Assembly: GCA_029856365.1 (NCBI GenBank)
Contig: JAHQWW010000012.1
Location: 1 to 56,520, forward strand
From: Candidatus Hodarchaeota archaeon
GTDB lineage: Archaea; Asgardarchaeota; Heimdallarchaeia; Hodarchaeales; Hodarchaeaceae
Direction of reading: 5' to 3'
DNA: 56,520 bases
Shown piece after piece: positions 39,328 through 49,747 of this stretch; within the stretch, counting starts at the first letter, position 1, and every line of letters begins with the position of its first letter. Both the position numbers and the translations under genes were made by a program. The notes beneath the pieces were generated by a model that ran no database searches, was not told the DNA's origin, and was given only the letters and a program-made list of their open reading frames with translations.

Positions 39328-41127
39328 CTAGACAAAAGAAAAAGCAAATCCAGAAATGATGAAAATAAGTCCTATTAGAACAACTATCCACATAAATAGC
39401 CAGTTAAGGCCTGACCAGCGGTTTTTATATGTCCTTCCATCTTCAGTAACAATCTTCCACACTGACATGATTGGGGTAGGAGCTCTATGATACCATCCAT
39501 AAGCTTTAACCATTCTTCCTTGTAAGCCAGGAACCCTGAATAGTGCAAATATCCATGACATGAACCCTAAAATAGGACTATAATCCAACGTGATTATCCC
39601 AGTCTTATCTTGAATTACTAGATCCTCACTTAACCAATATCCTGGTGTTCCTCGTCCCACGACACGTCCCTCAAAGACTGCTTTCTTACCTCGAAGAGGG
39701 GAAGCTTCATAATATGAGTTCTTCGTTTGATCAGTTAAACAATGAACAACTGTAACAGGTGGATCACTATCTCTTATCTTGGGGTATTTTTCATGGCGTC
39801 TCCATTTCCATATCAAGGCAAATAGGAGAAGACCAAGTCCTACAGCAATAGAGATCCAATCAAAACCTCCATAATCAAATCCAGTAAAAGCAACTATAGC
39901 AACAGCGAGGAGCGGCAAGACAAAGAAGAGTAGAGGTGCAATATAAGATAAGAAGAGATCAATTAGGAATTCATCCCACAAACTTTCAGGAAATTTTACT
40001 TTACCAATTCCAGGAAATTCTGGTCGTAAACCTCGTTCTTCCTGCATCTTATTCAGAGACCTTATCCTTTTGGCTGGAAGAGGATGAGTAGAAAAGAGTT
40101 CAAGAAAACCACCCCATGGGTTTGAAAGATCCCACTGGGCAGCTTTTGCGACAGTTTCTTCATTTAAATCGGATATCCCGCGTCCATATGCAGACATTGC
40201 TAAGTTCCGTGCTCCACTAACATCAAAAATTCCTAACGAGCGCATTCCAGTGTTAAAAGCGTGTTGTTTGGAGGCCTGTTTTCTCGCGGTTGGAGACACA
40301 CTTTCGTCACGCATTCTTTCTTGAGTTGCTGCGTCCTCCTTAACCATGCCATAAGCAATTTTTACTAAAGCTCTTGATAATGCCCCTGGATCGCCTGTCG
40401 CTTCCGCAGAGAAGCTATCAGCATAGTATTCTCGGACACGTGAAAGAAAAAGGACTAGAAAATGAGACACATAATATGCAATCCAAGCTCCAATTGCAAC
40501 AACAAGTGCAACAGCACTAACTTTAGCTGCGTCATCGTCTCTACTAGTTCGGGCTGAAACACGTGCAAAAGTCCAGAGACCTTGATAAAAAGAGTAACAG
40601 ATCAGTGGAATTGCGGCTGCAACAGTCATCCAGATGAAATCTCGATGAATTATATGCCCAGCTTCGTGAGCAACGACAGCAATTTGCTCTGATTCATCTA
40701 AGTAATTTAGAATTCCTTCAGTTATAGCCATACGTGCCCTTTTCTTGGTGTGTCCATAAGTGAACGCATTAGGATTGTTATCATGGATAATGGCGACCCA
40801 TTTGAGTGAGAAATTGTGCAGTTCCATTTGTTGATGCAGAAAATCGCGAATATGAGCTGGTAATTCGTCAACTTGATATTTGGTTGCTTGATATACCCAA
40901 GAAATTGTGATATCCATTATCCAAGGCGAAATCAAGAACTGTAATCCTACAATAAAGAATGCAAAGATTACAGGTAATATAATAATTAGATATTCATATC
41001 CGGCAGGGATAAATCCAGCTACCGAGATAAAATATGCTAAAACCATAGCAAGTACAAAAACTATCCCCCAGAGGAATGTTAAAATCCAAAATGATCTTAG
41101 ATATAATCTTGCAGGCATTTTTTTCAC
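39328..41127 (-). CDS. htpX: Long-form M48 zinc metalloprotease (HtpX family) with extra C-terminal TM/OB-like domain
   Basis: PNAFTYG, HEAGH, SRVREYYAD and STHPL..RI. Confidence 0.9.
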   Translation of the reverse strand: MKKMPARLYLRSFWILTFLWGIVFVLAMVLAYFISVAGFIPAGYEYLIIILPVIFAFFIVGLQFLISPWIMDITISWVYQATKYQVDELPAHIRDFLHQQMELHNFSLKWVAIIHDNNPNAFTYGHTKKRARMAITEGILNYLDESEQIAVVAHEAGHIIHRDFIWMTVAAAIPLICYSFYQGLWTFARVSARTSRDDDAAKVSAVALVVAIGAWIAYYVSHFLVLFLSRVREYYADSFSAEATGDPGALSRALVKIAYGMVKEDAATQERMRDESVSPTARKQASKQHAFNTGMRSLGIFDVSGARNLAMSAYGRGISDLNEETVAKAAQWDLSNPWGGFLELFSTHPLPAKRIRSLNKMQEERGLRPEFPGIGKVKFPESLWDEFLIDLFLSYIAPLLFFVLPLLAVAIVAFTGFDYGGFDWISIAVGLGLLLFALIWKWRRHEKYPKIRDSDPPVTVVHCLTDQTKNSYYEASPLRGKKAVFEGRVVGRGTPGYWLSEDLVIQDKTGIITLDYSPILGFMSWIFALFRVPGLQGRMVKAYGWYHRAPTPIMSVWKIVTEDGRTYKNRWSGLNWLFMWIVVLIGLIFIISGFAFSFV

Positions 41128-41264
41128 CTTTAATTTTATTCTTATGCATTAGGAGCTTTTAAGTATTTAGCTCCTCAGGGGGCGTTAGGCTAAAATACTT
41201 TTAGTTTGCAGAACATGATTATTTATCACTAGATATTCAATTTGGACAACGATTAGGTGATTTA

Positions 41265-42755
41265 ATGCTTCTAGGAATCAAAAATAGCTTACCTCCAATG
41301 AATATACTTAGCAATAACCAAATAGAAGAAATACACGAGGCAACGTTGAAAGTTTTAGAAAAAACCGGAGTACGTATTCTATCTCAACAAGCACTAGATA
41401 TTCTGAAAGAAGCTGGATGTACGATTGAGTCGAGAAAAGCATTTTTAGATTCAGAGCTTATTGAAGACGCGTTGAATAAGTGCCCTTCTTCATTTACATG
41501 GTATAGTGTTCATCCAGAATCGAAAAAGCACATTAAGTTAGAACCAGGACATGTTAACATTTCCATTAGCCATTCCCCAACCCATGTGATCGATCTTGAA
41601 GGAAATAGGCGGAGATCAACCTTTAGTGATGTCGCAGATATGACTCGCCTTGGAGATGCTCTCGAAATGATGCATCTGGGAGGCTCAGGGCTTTCTGGTA
41701 CAGTTGAAGAGATCGATCTACGATTGGATCTTATGACAGCTGCAGCTTATCGCTTTGTACATGAAGTTAAGAACACAGATAAGCCATTATTCATTCCACC
41801 TAGCGGAATGAGCCCTGATGATGGTTTTGAGTTCTTCAATCTCTTTCGTGAAGATCTCAGTGACTTGCAAAAGAAACCATGTTCGTGGGTTTGGGTAAAC
41901 ACTGTTTCCCCTCTAACGCATAATGAAACTATGACGGAATACGCACTTGGGTTTGCTATGTTTGGCTTACCAGTTCTTTTTCGTCCAGAAGTAATGGCCC
42001 ATGCTACTGGACCTGCAACATTAGGTGGCTCATTAGTTCAGCATAATGCTGAGATCCTCTCAGGTGTTGTGATGTGTCAATTAGCAAATGAATCTTATGG
42101 AATTGCACCACCACCGCCCATTGTTTATGGAACAGCCTCTTCAATTCTGGATCCTAGAACTGCTCAAATAACACTAGGAGCTCCTGAAGCAGGATTAATG
42201 AATGTCTTAACGGCTCAGATGGCTAACTATTATAACTTACCAACGAGGGGTACTGCTGGTTGTACTGATTCTAAAGTGCTAGATGCCCAAGCAGGGCAAG
42301 AATCAGCAATGAATGTTTTACTTGCATCAATGACTGGAATCAATCTCATAGTTAATGCTTTAGGAGGACTTGGTCCTGGAATACAGGTTGGTTCATATGC
42401 AGCAATGATTTTCCACGATGAGAATCTGAAAGCTATAAGTCGAGTACTAAAAGGCATTGAAATCTCTGATGAGGCATTAGCAATTGATGTTATTCATGAA
42501 GTTGGTCCTGGCGGTGAGTATTTTAGTCATCCCCACACGTTGAAACATTTCCGTTCAGAATTTTTCATGCCTAGATTATTTGATCGAACTGATTACGATG
42601 TGTTTGAAAAATCACAAAAGAAGGATATTTTAACTCGTGCTAATGAAAAAGCACATGAAATTTTGAAGACACATCAACCAGCAGAATTAGATGCCGATAT
42701 TGTTAAGACCCTAGATGAAATCTTGAAAAACATTCATAAAAAGTATATAGGATGA
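41265..42755 (+). CDS. Non-pyrrolysine MttB-superfamily corrinoid methyltransferase
   Basis: IHEATLKVLEKTG, TGPATLGG, TDSKVLDAQAGQE and EVGPGGEY; no in-frame TAG. Confidence 0.92.
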   Translation: MLLGIKNSLPPMNILSNNQIEEIHEATLKVLEKTGVRILSQQALDILKEAGCTIESRKAFLDSELIEDALNKCPSSFTWYSVHPESKKHIKLEPGHVNISISHSPTHVIDLEGNRRRSTFSDVADMTRLGDALEMMHLGGSGLSGTVEEIDLRLDLMTAAAYRFVHEVKNTDKPLFIPPSGMSPDDGFEFFNLFREDLSDLQKKPCSWVWVNTVSPLTHNETMTEYALGFAMFGLPVLFRPEVMAHATGPATLGGSLVQHNAEILSGVVMCQLANESYGIAPPPPIVYGTASSILDPRTAQITLGAPEAGLMNVLTAQMANYYNLPTRGTAGCTDSKVLDAQAGQESAMNVLLASMTGINLIVNALGGLGPGIQVGSYAAMIFHDENLKAISRVLKGIEISDEALAIDVIHEVGPGGEYFSHPHTLKHFRSEFFMPRLFDRTDYDVFEKSQKKDILTRANEKAHEILKTHQPAELDADIVKTLDEILKNIHKKYIG

Positions 42756-42758
42756 AAA

Positions 42759-44157
42759 TCACAACGAATTAATACGTTCTTTTTTACTTTGATGTAGTTT
42801 GATAATTCTTTCTTTAGTCAGTTTCACACGATCTTTTGTAAACAGATAGAAATAGAGATAAATAAAAGTAACTCCCAAGGCAATTGCTGGAAACAGAAAA
42901 ACCAATAATCTAAGGCCTAATATTACGTCAGCTTGTTGAAGAGTCTGAATCGGTTCATATTCTTCCCATCCTGTCGACACAAAGACAAGGGATACTGTAA
43001 CAACAGACAAAATCATCGCGAGCCGCATAAAAAAGTTGGTGATTCCAAAGAAGGTACCTTCTCGACGAACGCCAGTTTTTAATTCATCTTCATCGATGAT
43101 ATCTGCAATGATCAAATAAATAAAATATAACATACCCCCAAAACCTACACCCATTGTTATTACAGTTATGAACGCTGTTTCAAACGAATCAACTAATAAA
43201 AGGGGAATACTAGCAAAAAAATACACAATAATTGCGTAAGCATAAGATTTGCGGCTTCCAAACTTCACATCTAATTTCTTCCATAAAAACACTGTTATTA
43301 AACCAACAATAAACAGCATTCCGAGTAAGATTGATGTAAGGAATGTATCTGTTATATGTAGTACCTCTCTAGCAAATAATGGGACGGTAGTCCCTAGAAG
43401 AAGCAGGACATATTCATATAAAAAAAACATTACAGTATACAGGACGAATCCTCTGTTTTTAAAGGTGTATTTCAATCCCTGGAAAAAATTAAACGTATGT
43501 TGAGAGTCTAATTGAAATTCAGCACGTTCTATAACTCCCCACTTCAATGAAACTACGAGAGTAACAAGAATAATCCCCGTAGTTACAATACCATTTATTA
43601 AGTATCCTTCCATTTCATTCTGATCCCCGATGAAAATCCCTGGTACTAAAAACGCAACTATTAAACCTATCATTGAGAGGATTTGTTTAATAGTGTTCAC
43701 CTCGGCCCTTTCTTCGACTGAAGTATACAATTCTGGGAATAATGAATCATATGGTAGACTCACCATTGTGTAAAAGGTATCATAGCAAAATAGCATAGTT
43801 AAAAGATATAAAAAGTAATAAAATAATTATCTCCAACAGGAATAGGAGGAACCCATAAGATAATCTCAATAATCAAAATTGGTATTAATCCAATTATGAT
43901 ATATGGTTTTCTTCGACCAAAACGCGTATTAGTTCTATCTGACAAATATCCTATCAATGGATCATTAATAGCATTCCAAGCTGTCCACAATACAAATGCA
44001 GTCATAATGTGTTGGATTGGTAGTTTAACAGCGGCAAAATAGAATGTTAATACCAAGTGTTGAAAGCGCTATTAATGAACCACTGAGCAAAACTTCCTAG
44101 ACCAAAGGATCATTTCTGTAAACTCCCAAAGGACTGTCCCTGATACCTCTCATCCAT
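42759..44157 (-). pseudogene. GPH/MelB-family MFS sugar transporter, disrupted
   Basis: ATG 44157 gives MDERYQGQSFGSLQK*SFGLGSFAQWF with TGA at 44110-44112. 1-nt shifts near 44054 and 43800 link WNAINDPLIGYLSDRT..FGRRKP and DEDELKTGVRREG. Confidence 0.85.
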
Positions 44158-44289
44158 TTTTTATCTACTCTGTATATTTCGCTTGCAAATTTTGCGGAAT
44201 TTATATATTCAACGGTTTCGGTTTATAGAAATGAAAAGAGTTCCGAATCTAACATTCATCTTTTTAGTAAATTCCATTAGTGAATCATA

Positions 44290-44949
44290 ATGGCACGCGT
44301 GGACTTTCATTGTCACACAAAATATTCAAAATGTTCTAACCTTGAACCAGAGCTAATTTTAAAACTCTGCAAGAAACAAGGAATCCAAGGAGTCATGATC
44401 TGCGATCATGACACCATTAAAGGCACTTTAGCTTTTAAAAAGGTTCTTTCACTTAATGAAGATTTTATTTTCATTCCAGGTATTGAAGTTCTAACAGATC
44501 GTGGGGAAATCCTTGGAGCATGGATTGAAGAGGAGCTTTCAACCTCTTATTTTCCTGAGGTAGCGGAAGAAATCAAAGAAAAAGGGGGAATAGTTGTAGT
44601 ACCTCATCCATATGATGCAATTCGAGGTAAGAGATTTAGAGTGACTGAACCAGATTTGCCTTTTATTGATGCCATTGAAGTTTTCAATTCGCGATGTATA
44701 CTACCTAGAGCAAATAAAAAGGCTCTCAAGTTCGCTGAAAGATATGGCCTTAAACAAACTGCAGGTTCTGATGCCCACTTTGCTCCTGAAGTAGGCCAAG
44801 CATGGGTCTCTTTCAATGGTTCTACTATAGAGGAATTTCGGCATTCTCTCATGAGAGGAGAGACAAGAGTAGAGGGAAGACGCTCTCCATTTTCTGTACA
44901 TCTCCACACCATTAATCACAGATTAAATAGAATTTTTAGAAGAATCTAA
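44290..44949 (+). CDS. PHP-domain metal-dependent phosphoesterase
   Basis: DFHCHT, CDHD, PGIE, PHP and AGSDAH. Confidence 0.92.
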   Translation: MARVDFHCHTKYSKCSNLEPELILKLCKKQGIQGVMICDHDTIKGTLAFKKVLSLNEDFIFIPGIEVLTDRGEILGAWIEEELSTSYFPEVAEEIKEKGGIVVVPHPYDAIRGKRFRVTEPDLPFIDAIEVFNSRCILPRANKKALKFAERYGLKQTAGSDAHFAPEVGQAWVSFNGSTIEEFRHSLMRGETRVEGRRSPFSVHLHTINHRLNRIFRRI

Positions 44950-44967
44950 TTAGGAGAGACTGAAAAA

Positions 44968-45855
44968 CTAGACATTAAACCGAGAAGAATAGTTCTTAAT
45001 TAAAATAGTTCTACGCAACAAAATTATGCTAAGTAAAATACAAGCAAGACCGAGAATTTTTTCGATATATATTTGTTCAGTAAATATAAAATATGCCCCT
45101 ATAACGGGAATCAAGACCGAGATAGAATTTGTAATCGGGCTAACAATCGAGAGTCGCCCATTTTGAAATGCAAACTGTTGAGAAACAATAGCCACAATGT
45201 ATGTTAGCGAAAACATCACTATTGTGAATAACAATAAAGCAAAATTTGCATTAGGGGGGAATAGAATAAGGATGGCTTTAGTAAAAATCGCTCCCAGGCC
45301 ATAGAATACTCCTGCTGATATTGAATAGAAAAATTCTTGATTCTGAACTCGTTCGGTTATGATAAAGATACCTAGAAAAATAATTCCAGCTATCGTAAGA
45401 GGTAAAAGGCAGATTAAAGGAACTAATTCAACTATACCTGTTGATTCCCTTGTTACAATCCCCAAAAAGATCATTCCAATGATAATACCAAGTATTCCCA
45501 TCCATTCAGTCAATTTCAGTCGTTCTTTGAAGATAATATAAGCAAGAATGAATGTAAATGCGAGATTTGTGTTCACTAATGGTTTGACTATAGAAAGTTC
45601 AAAGTGTTGTAGTGCAAGTAGATACACACAAAATCCAATAATTCCAAGAATAGCCCCCGTAAGCCACACGGGAGTTGACAGTAATTTTAGAAACGTTTGA
45701 AGAAAGATTTTCCATGAGCGTTCAACTTTTAATCCACCAATTTGAATAATTCCCTTTTTTGATAAAACAGCAGAAACTCCTCCTAGTATTCCATAAAAAG
45801 TCATTAACGAGATGATTGAAACAAAAGAACCAATTTCAAATTGCATTATACCCAT
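44968..45855 (-). CDS. DMT/EamA-superfamily transporter (NIPA-like)
   Basis: About 9 TMs; WLTG..ALQHFELSIVKPL and FKERL motifs. Confidence 0.8.
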   Translation of the reverse strand: MGIMQFEIGSFVSIISLMTFYGILGGVSAVLSKKGIIQIGGLKVERSWKIFLQTFLKLLSTPVWLTGAILGIIGFCVYLLALQHFELSIVKPLVNTNLAFTFILAYIIFKERLKLTEWMGILGIIIGMIFLGIVTRESTGIVELVPLICLLPLTIAGIIFLGIFIITERVQNQEFFYSISAGVFYGLGAIFTKAILILFPPNANFALLLFTIVMFSLTYIVAIVSQQFAFQNGRLSIVSPITNSISVLIPVIGAYFIFTEQIYIEKILGLACILLSIILLRRTILIKNYSSRFNV

Positions 45856-45883
45856 GGAAAAATAAACTCCATTACATAGAAAC

Positions 45884-46939
45884 TTAAAATATTTTTAGAA
45901 AGGGAAGTAATCTCATAATAATGATTAACCATTCAATAAGAAAGAAGATGATCACAAGATTGTGTAATTTTCCAATAAAGATTCCAGGCTTTGCGACTTG
46001 CCACAAAGAAGAAGAACTAAGCCAAATATAAAGAAATATCACGAAACTTAATGGAATGAAAAGTAGAAGATGCCAAGTTATCTGACAAGACAGAAAAGCT
46101 ATAAAAATAAATGTAGATGCCATTATGACTAAAAAACTATCGAAAATGACGATTCCTCGTAAAGTAAGATAACTCTCTAATCCTCGATACCCAAATTGGT
46201 CAGCAATTTCTTTATCTTGGATCTTATAACTCAAATAACCTATTGCCAAAAGGAAAACAATCCCAATCAAAAAGAAATAAGGGGCATCCAATAATGGAAG
46301 GACTAATGTCCAACCAATAAGTATTCTGAAAAAATGGTTCATTGGCCCTGAAAAAAATAAGTTCAAAACTGTTTCTTTCAAACGAAATGGGGGAAAGGAG
46401 TACAAAATCTGGAATCCAACCATTACAAGAGCCAAGAAGAAACCGATTGGTGAAATGAAAGCTATTAAAGCAAGGCCTAAAAGAACGTGGATAGTAGCGA
46501 AAAAAATGCCCATTCTTTTTGAAACGCGTTGGGCGGCAATTGGACGATCCATTTTTGTTGGATGAATTCGGTCGAATTCAGCATCAAACACTGCATTAAA
46601 GGTGTATAACCCACCCCATAATAAAGGACCTATCGCAAAGCCAATCAAGATGTATTGAATAATAATTGTAGGAGCTTGGAACACCCATATGTTTGTCAAA
46701 AGAAGGCCAAATCCTATGGACACAAAATTCGAGACCCAGCCATAAGGTCGTATTAAGTTGATATAATCCCCAAATTCAATTTTTGGAAGCTCAAAAGCAT
46801 GTAATGCTTCCAATGATTCAACCTGTGAAATATAGAAAAGCATTACGGTCACAAATAATTGCGTCTTGATGTTTGAGAAATATTGAATACCACTTTGAAA
46901 GAATATCTTTACAGAATCAAACTTCGGTGAGCTTCTCAT
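45884..46939 (-). CDS. UbiA-family prenyltransferase
   Basis: YINLIRP, NAVFDAEFDRIHPTKMDRPIA, YSFPPFRLKE and QDKEIAD. Confidence 0.88.
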   Translation of the reverse strand: MRSSPKFDSVKIFFQSGIQYFSNIKTQLFVTVMLFYISQVESLEALHAFELPKIEFGDYINLIRPYGWVSNFVSIGFGLLLTNIWVFQAPTIIIQYILIGFAIGPLLWGGLYTFNAVFDAEFDRIHPTKMDRPIAAQRVSKRMGIFFATIHVLLGLALIAFISPIGFFLALVMVGFQILYSFPPFRLKETVLNLFFSGPMNHFFRILIGWTLVLPLLDAPYFFLIGIVFLLAIGYLSYKIQDKEIADQFGYRGLESYLTLRGIVIFDSFLVIMASTFIFIAFLSCQITWHLLLFIPLSFVIFLYIWLSSSSLWQVAKPGIFIGKLHNLVIIFFLIEWLIIIMRLLPFLKIF

Positions 46940-47196
46940 CAGATTCCCCAGAAAGAGCCATTTTTGTGGTTTTTTTAAAATTTATTGTTTGATTTGACTG
47001 ATATTTTCTTTCAACTATTCTGTTGAGAGGATGTTGAAGTGATCATGTTTTTACTATTTAAAAGATTTCATATAGGTTATCAAGTATTTTTTTATTCCTT
47101 TTTGTCGGCTATTTGGTGGTATTGTACTTTTTATTTTAAATAGGAAATGCAAAAGATTAAGTAATTATTTGAATACAATATTATGGGAGAAATATA

Positions 47197-48417
47197 TCAA
47201 ATCTGGCTTAATCCTTGCTCAAGATCGTTAATGATATCATGAACATCCTCTATTCCGACACTAAGTCTAAGCAACATTTCAGTTACGTCTGTAGCTACTT
47301 TAAGTTCATATTCGAGATCATAATGGGTCATAATATAAGGCCACTCAATAAGTGATTGAATATCACCGAGATCCATTGCTAATCGGATGATTTGTAACTT
47401 ATTATTCAACAAATCCCGAACCTTATCGTCATTCTCTAATTCAAAAGCCAGCATTCCCCCAAACGGATTCATTTGTTTTTGTGCAATTTTAAACTGAGGA
47501 TGGCTTGGTAAACCTGGATAATAGACCCGAGTTACCTTCTTATGCTCCTCCAGAAACTTCGCTACCGCTAGAGCATTCTTTGATTGTTGTTTTATTCGTA
47601 GACCAATTGTTTTTAATCCTCGGAGTATTAAATAAGAATTTAATGGCGATGGGGTTTGACCAAGGGTTTCACCTAACTGGCGACGAAATTCAGAAAGAGT
47701 TTCATTATTATTGGAAGCAATCACCCCTCCAAGAGCATCACCGTGCCCATTGATGTATTTAGAACTAGAATGAACCTCAAAATCAACACCTAACTTCAAG
47801 GGCTGTTGACATATAGGAGAGGCGAAAGTATTATCAAAAGTAACCATAGTTTCCGCATTATATTCATGAACCAGATCACATATAGCTCTGATATCATAAC
47901 AACGCGTTGTTGGATTAGCTGGAGATTCAAAATGTACCACTGAATACATATTTTTCTGTAGTTGTTTTTCAAGAACATTAAGATCACGAAAATCCAAATA
48001 ATCGCAACTAATACCTAATTTTGGTAAAATTTCCATCACGAATGAATTTGTACTTCTATAGAGAGAATCAGAAGCTAAAATCTTCGTCTTTGGTTTATAG
48101 TTCGCCAAGATAGCGAATGTAATTGCAGCCATACCAGAAGAAGTTGTTATTGTACCCCTACATCCAATAATAGATGCTAATTTGAGCTCAAGAGCATTTG
48201 TAGTAGGATTAGCAGTTCGTGTGTAAAAATAAGTAAATTCCTTTGGGTCTATTCCATATGCATTAACAGCTGCCTCAAAAAATTCCTCCATGCTAAGATA
48301 AGAAAAAGTATTGCTAGCATATATTGGAGTTTTTAGCGCGTGTGTTGACACATCTACCTTTTCTCCCCTGATTACTGCACGTGTATTAATACCAAATTTG
48401 CTTTCATTTAAATTCAT
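47197..48417 (-). CDS. PLP-dependent Cys/Met metabolism lyase (methionine gamma-lyase/cystathionine gamma-synthase family)
   Basis: YTRTANPT, SSGMAA, ESPANP, DNTF, HSSSKYINGHGD and LRLSVGIED. Confidence 0.93.
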   Translation of the reverse strand: MNLNESKFGINTRAVIRGEKVDVSTHALKTPIYASNTFSYLSMEEFFEAAVNAYGIDPKEFTYFYTRTANPTTNALELKLASIIGCRGTITTSSGMAAITFAILANYKPKTKILASDSLYRSTNSFVMEILPKLGISCDYLDFRDLNVLEKQLQKNMYSVVHFESPANPTTRCYDIRAICDLVHEYNAETMVTFDNTFASPICQQPLKLGVDFEVHSSSKYINGHGDALGGVIASNNNETLSEFRRQLGETLGQTPSPLNSYLILRGLKTIGLRIKQQSKNALAVAKFLEEHKKVTRVYYPGLPSHPQFKIAQKQMNPFGGMLAFELENDDKVRDLLNNKLQIIRLAMDLGDIQSLIEWPYIMTHYDLEYELKVATDVTEMLLRLSVGIEDVHDIINDLEQGLSQI

Positions 48418-49747
48418 TAATTATTACTCCATTTTTATTAATCATTGTTTTTGCTCGTCGTCTCAAGGTTCCCTGAATTTTCAAATTATCGTCATTAATA
48501 TGAGGTATGCTCATAGTCCAACAAATTGATGCGAATAGATAAAATACAAGGCTTAAAATGAAAACATCACTAAATCCATATGATAGAAGTAATACTGTTG
48601 AAAGCACAATTCCTATTACCTGTCCAAATTGGTCAGTTATAGAGAAAAACGCTCCTAAACTTCCTCTATGTTCTGGTAACGACACATCAAAAAGTAAAGA
48701 GGTTCGATTAGGACCTGAAGCTGCCCCAATAAAGCTACCAAGCCAAAAGAAAAGACTAAAGAGAACAAAGTTTAACAAAGAGGAATCTACAGCCATAAAA
48801 GCAAAGAAAAAAAATATTGCCTGACCTGCCATACAGATACTTGCAATTACTCCTCTTGCTTTCGATCCGTGCTTTTTTGCAAAATAATCCCCTAATCTAC
48901 CAAAGAAGGGGTACCCAACAGCTCTACCACTGGCAATGACAACAGCAATAACACTAGCGATTCCAATACTTGCTATATTAAGACTTTCTGAAGAACTCAG
49001 AAAAGCAACAAGCCATAATGTAAAGATAGTACCTGGAATAAGAGCAAAAAATCCTTGAACCAGAAGCCAGAAGATTGTTTTTGATCTTAACAATTCAGGT
49101 AGCTGTTTGAGTTGTATCCGCCACGGATAATTATATTCTGTAATAAGTAAAAAAACAGGCTCTTGTTTCCCTCTTTTAGGAATCTGAATGAAAAATTGCC
49201 AACCGAGAATTAAAAATCCTAAAAGTGAGAGAAATCCAAAGGATAAGTTCCATTGAAAGTAGAATAAACCACCCAGTAAGATTCCAGCAGCACTTGATCC
49301 AACCCAAACGATGTTTAATCCTGCTGAAATCAATCCACGATCTTCATACTTTGCAAAATCGGCCAAAATTGAGTAAGCAATGGGAGAAAAAGCAGAAAGA
49401 CCTATCGCCATTCCCATTCGCCCCAAAAAGTATATAAAGAGAAATTCTGGAAAGACAAATATCAATAACGCAGGAAAAACCCAAATAAAATTAGCTATCC
49501 AAAGTAACTGCTTCCTTTCTAGTTTATCCACATAAAATCCCCAAACAAATAAAAAAATGGTAGAAATAATTACAAACATAGCTTCAATGAGACCTATTAG
49601 TTGAAAGTTATAGTAATCAGCAAGGTGAGTTAAGTTAGGAATGGGGAGTGTTGCGCCAATTCCATTTACTAAAATCAAACTAAATAAAAAGAAGAGAGAT
49701 AAAATGGAGTTTTGATGAAAGAATTTCATTGCCTTACGCCGTTTCAA
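48404..49747 (-). CDS. MFS transporter
   Basis: 12 TMs; WGFYVDKLERK, FGRLGD and LPEHRG. True start possibly MKFF at 49729. Confidence 0.88.
   Translation of the reverse strand: MKRRKAMKFFHQNSILSLFFLFSLILVNGIGATLPIPNLTHLADYYNFQLIGLIEAMFVIISTIFLFVWGFYVDKLERKQLLWIANFIWVFPALLIFVFPEFLFIYFLGRMGMAIGLSAFSPIAYSILADFAKYEDRGLISAGLNIVWVGSSAAGILLGGLFYFQWNLSFGFLSLLGFLILGWQFFIQIPKRGKQEPVFLLITEYNYPWRIQLKQLPELLRSKTIFWLLVQGFFALIPGTIFTLWLVAFLSSSESLNIASIGIASVIAVVIASGRAVGYPFFGRLGDYFAKKHGSKARGVIASICMAGQAIFFFFAFMAVDSSLLNFVLFSLFFWLGSFIGAASGPNRTSLLFDVSLPEHRGSLGAFFSITDQFGQVIGIVLSTVLLLSYGFSDVFILSLVFYLFASICWTMSIPHINDDNLKIQGTLRRRAKTMINKNGVIINEFK

Noticed and set aside
41265-42755. Pyrrolysine in the MttB homolog
   Set aside because: The ORF is full length with no in-frame TAG.
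17299-44112. TGA-to-Trp recoding or selenocysteine suggested by two in-frame TGAs (17299-17301, 44110-44112)
   Set aside because: TGA ends intact genes here (corA, pyrG, glgP) and Trp is encoded by TGG. Both TGAs sit at Trp rather than Cys positions, in genes that also carry frameshifts.
46940-47046. Upstream extension of the UbiA gene through a TGA
   Set aside because: The upstream ATG is not in frame and a TAA intervenes.
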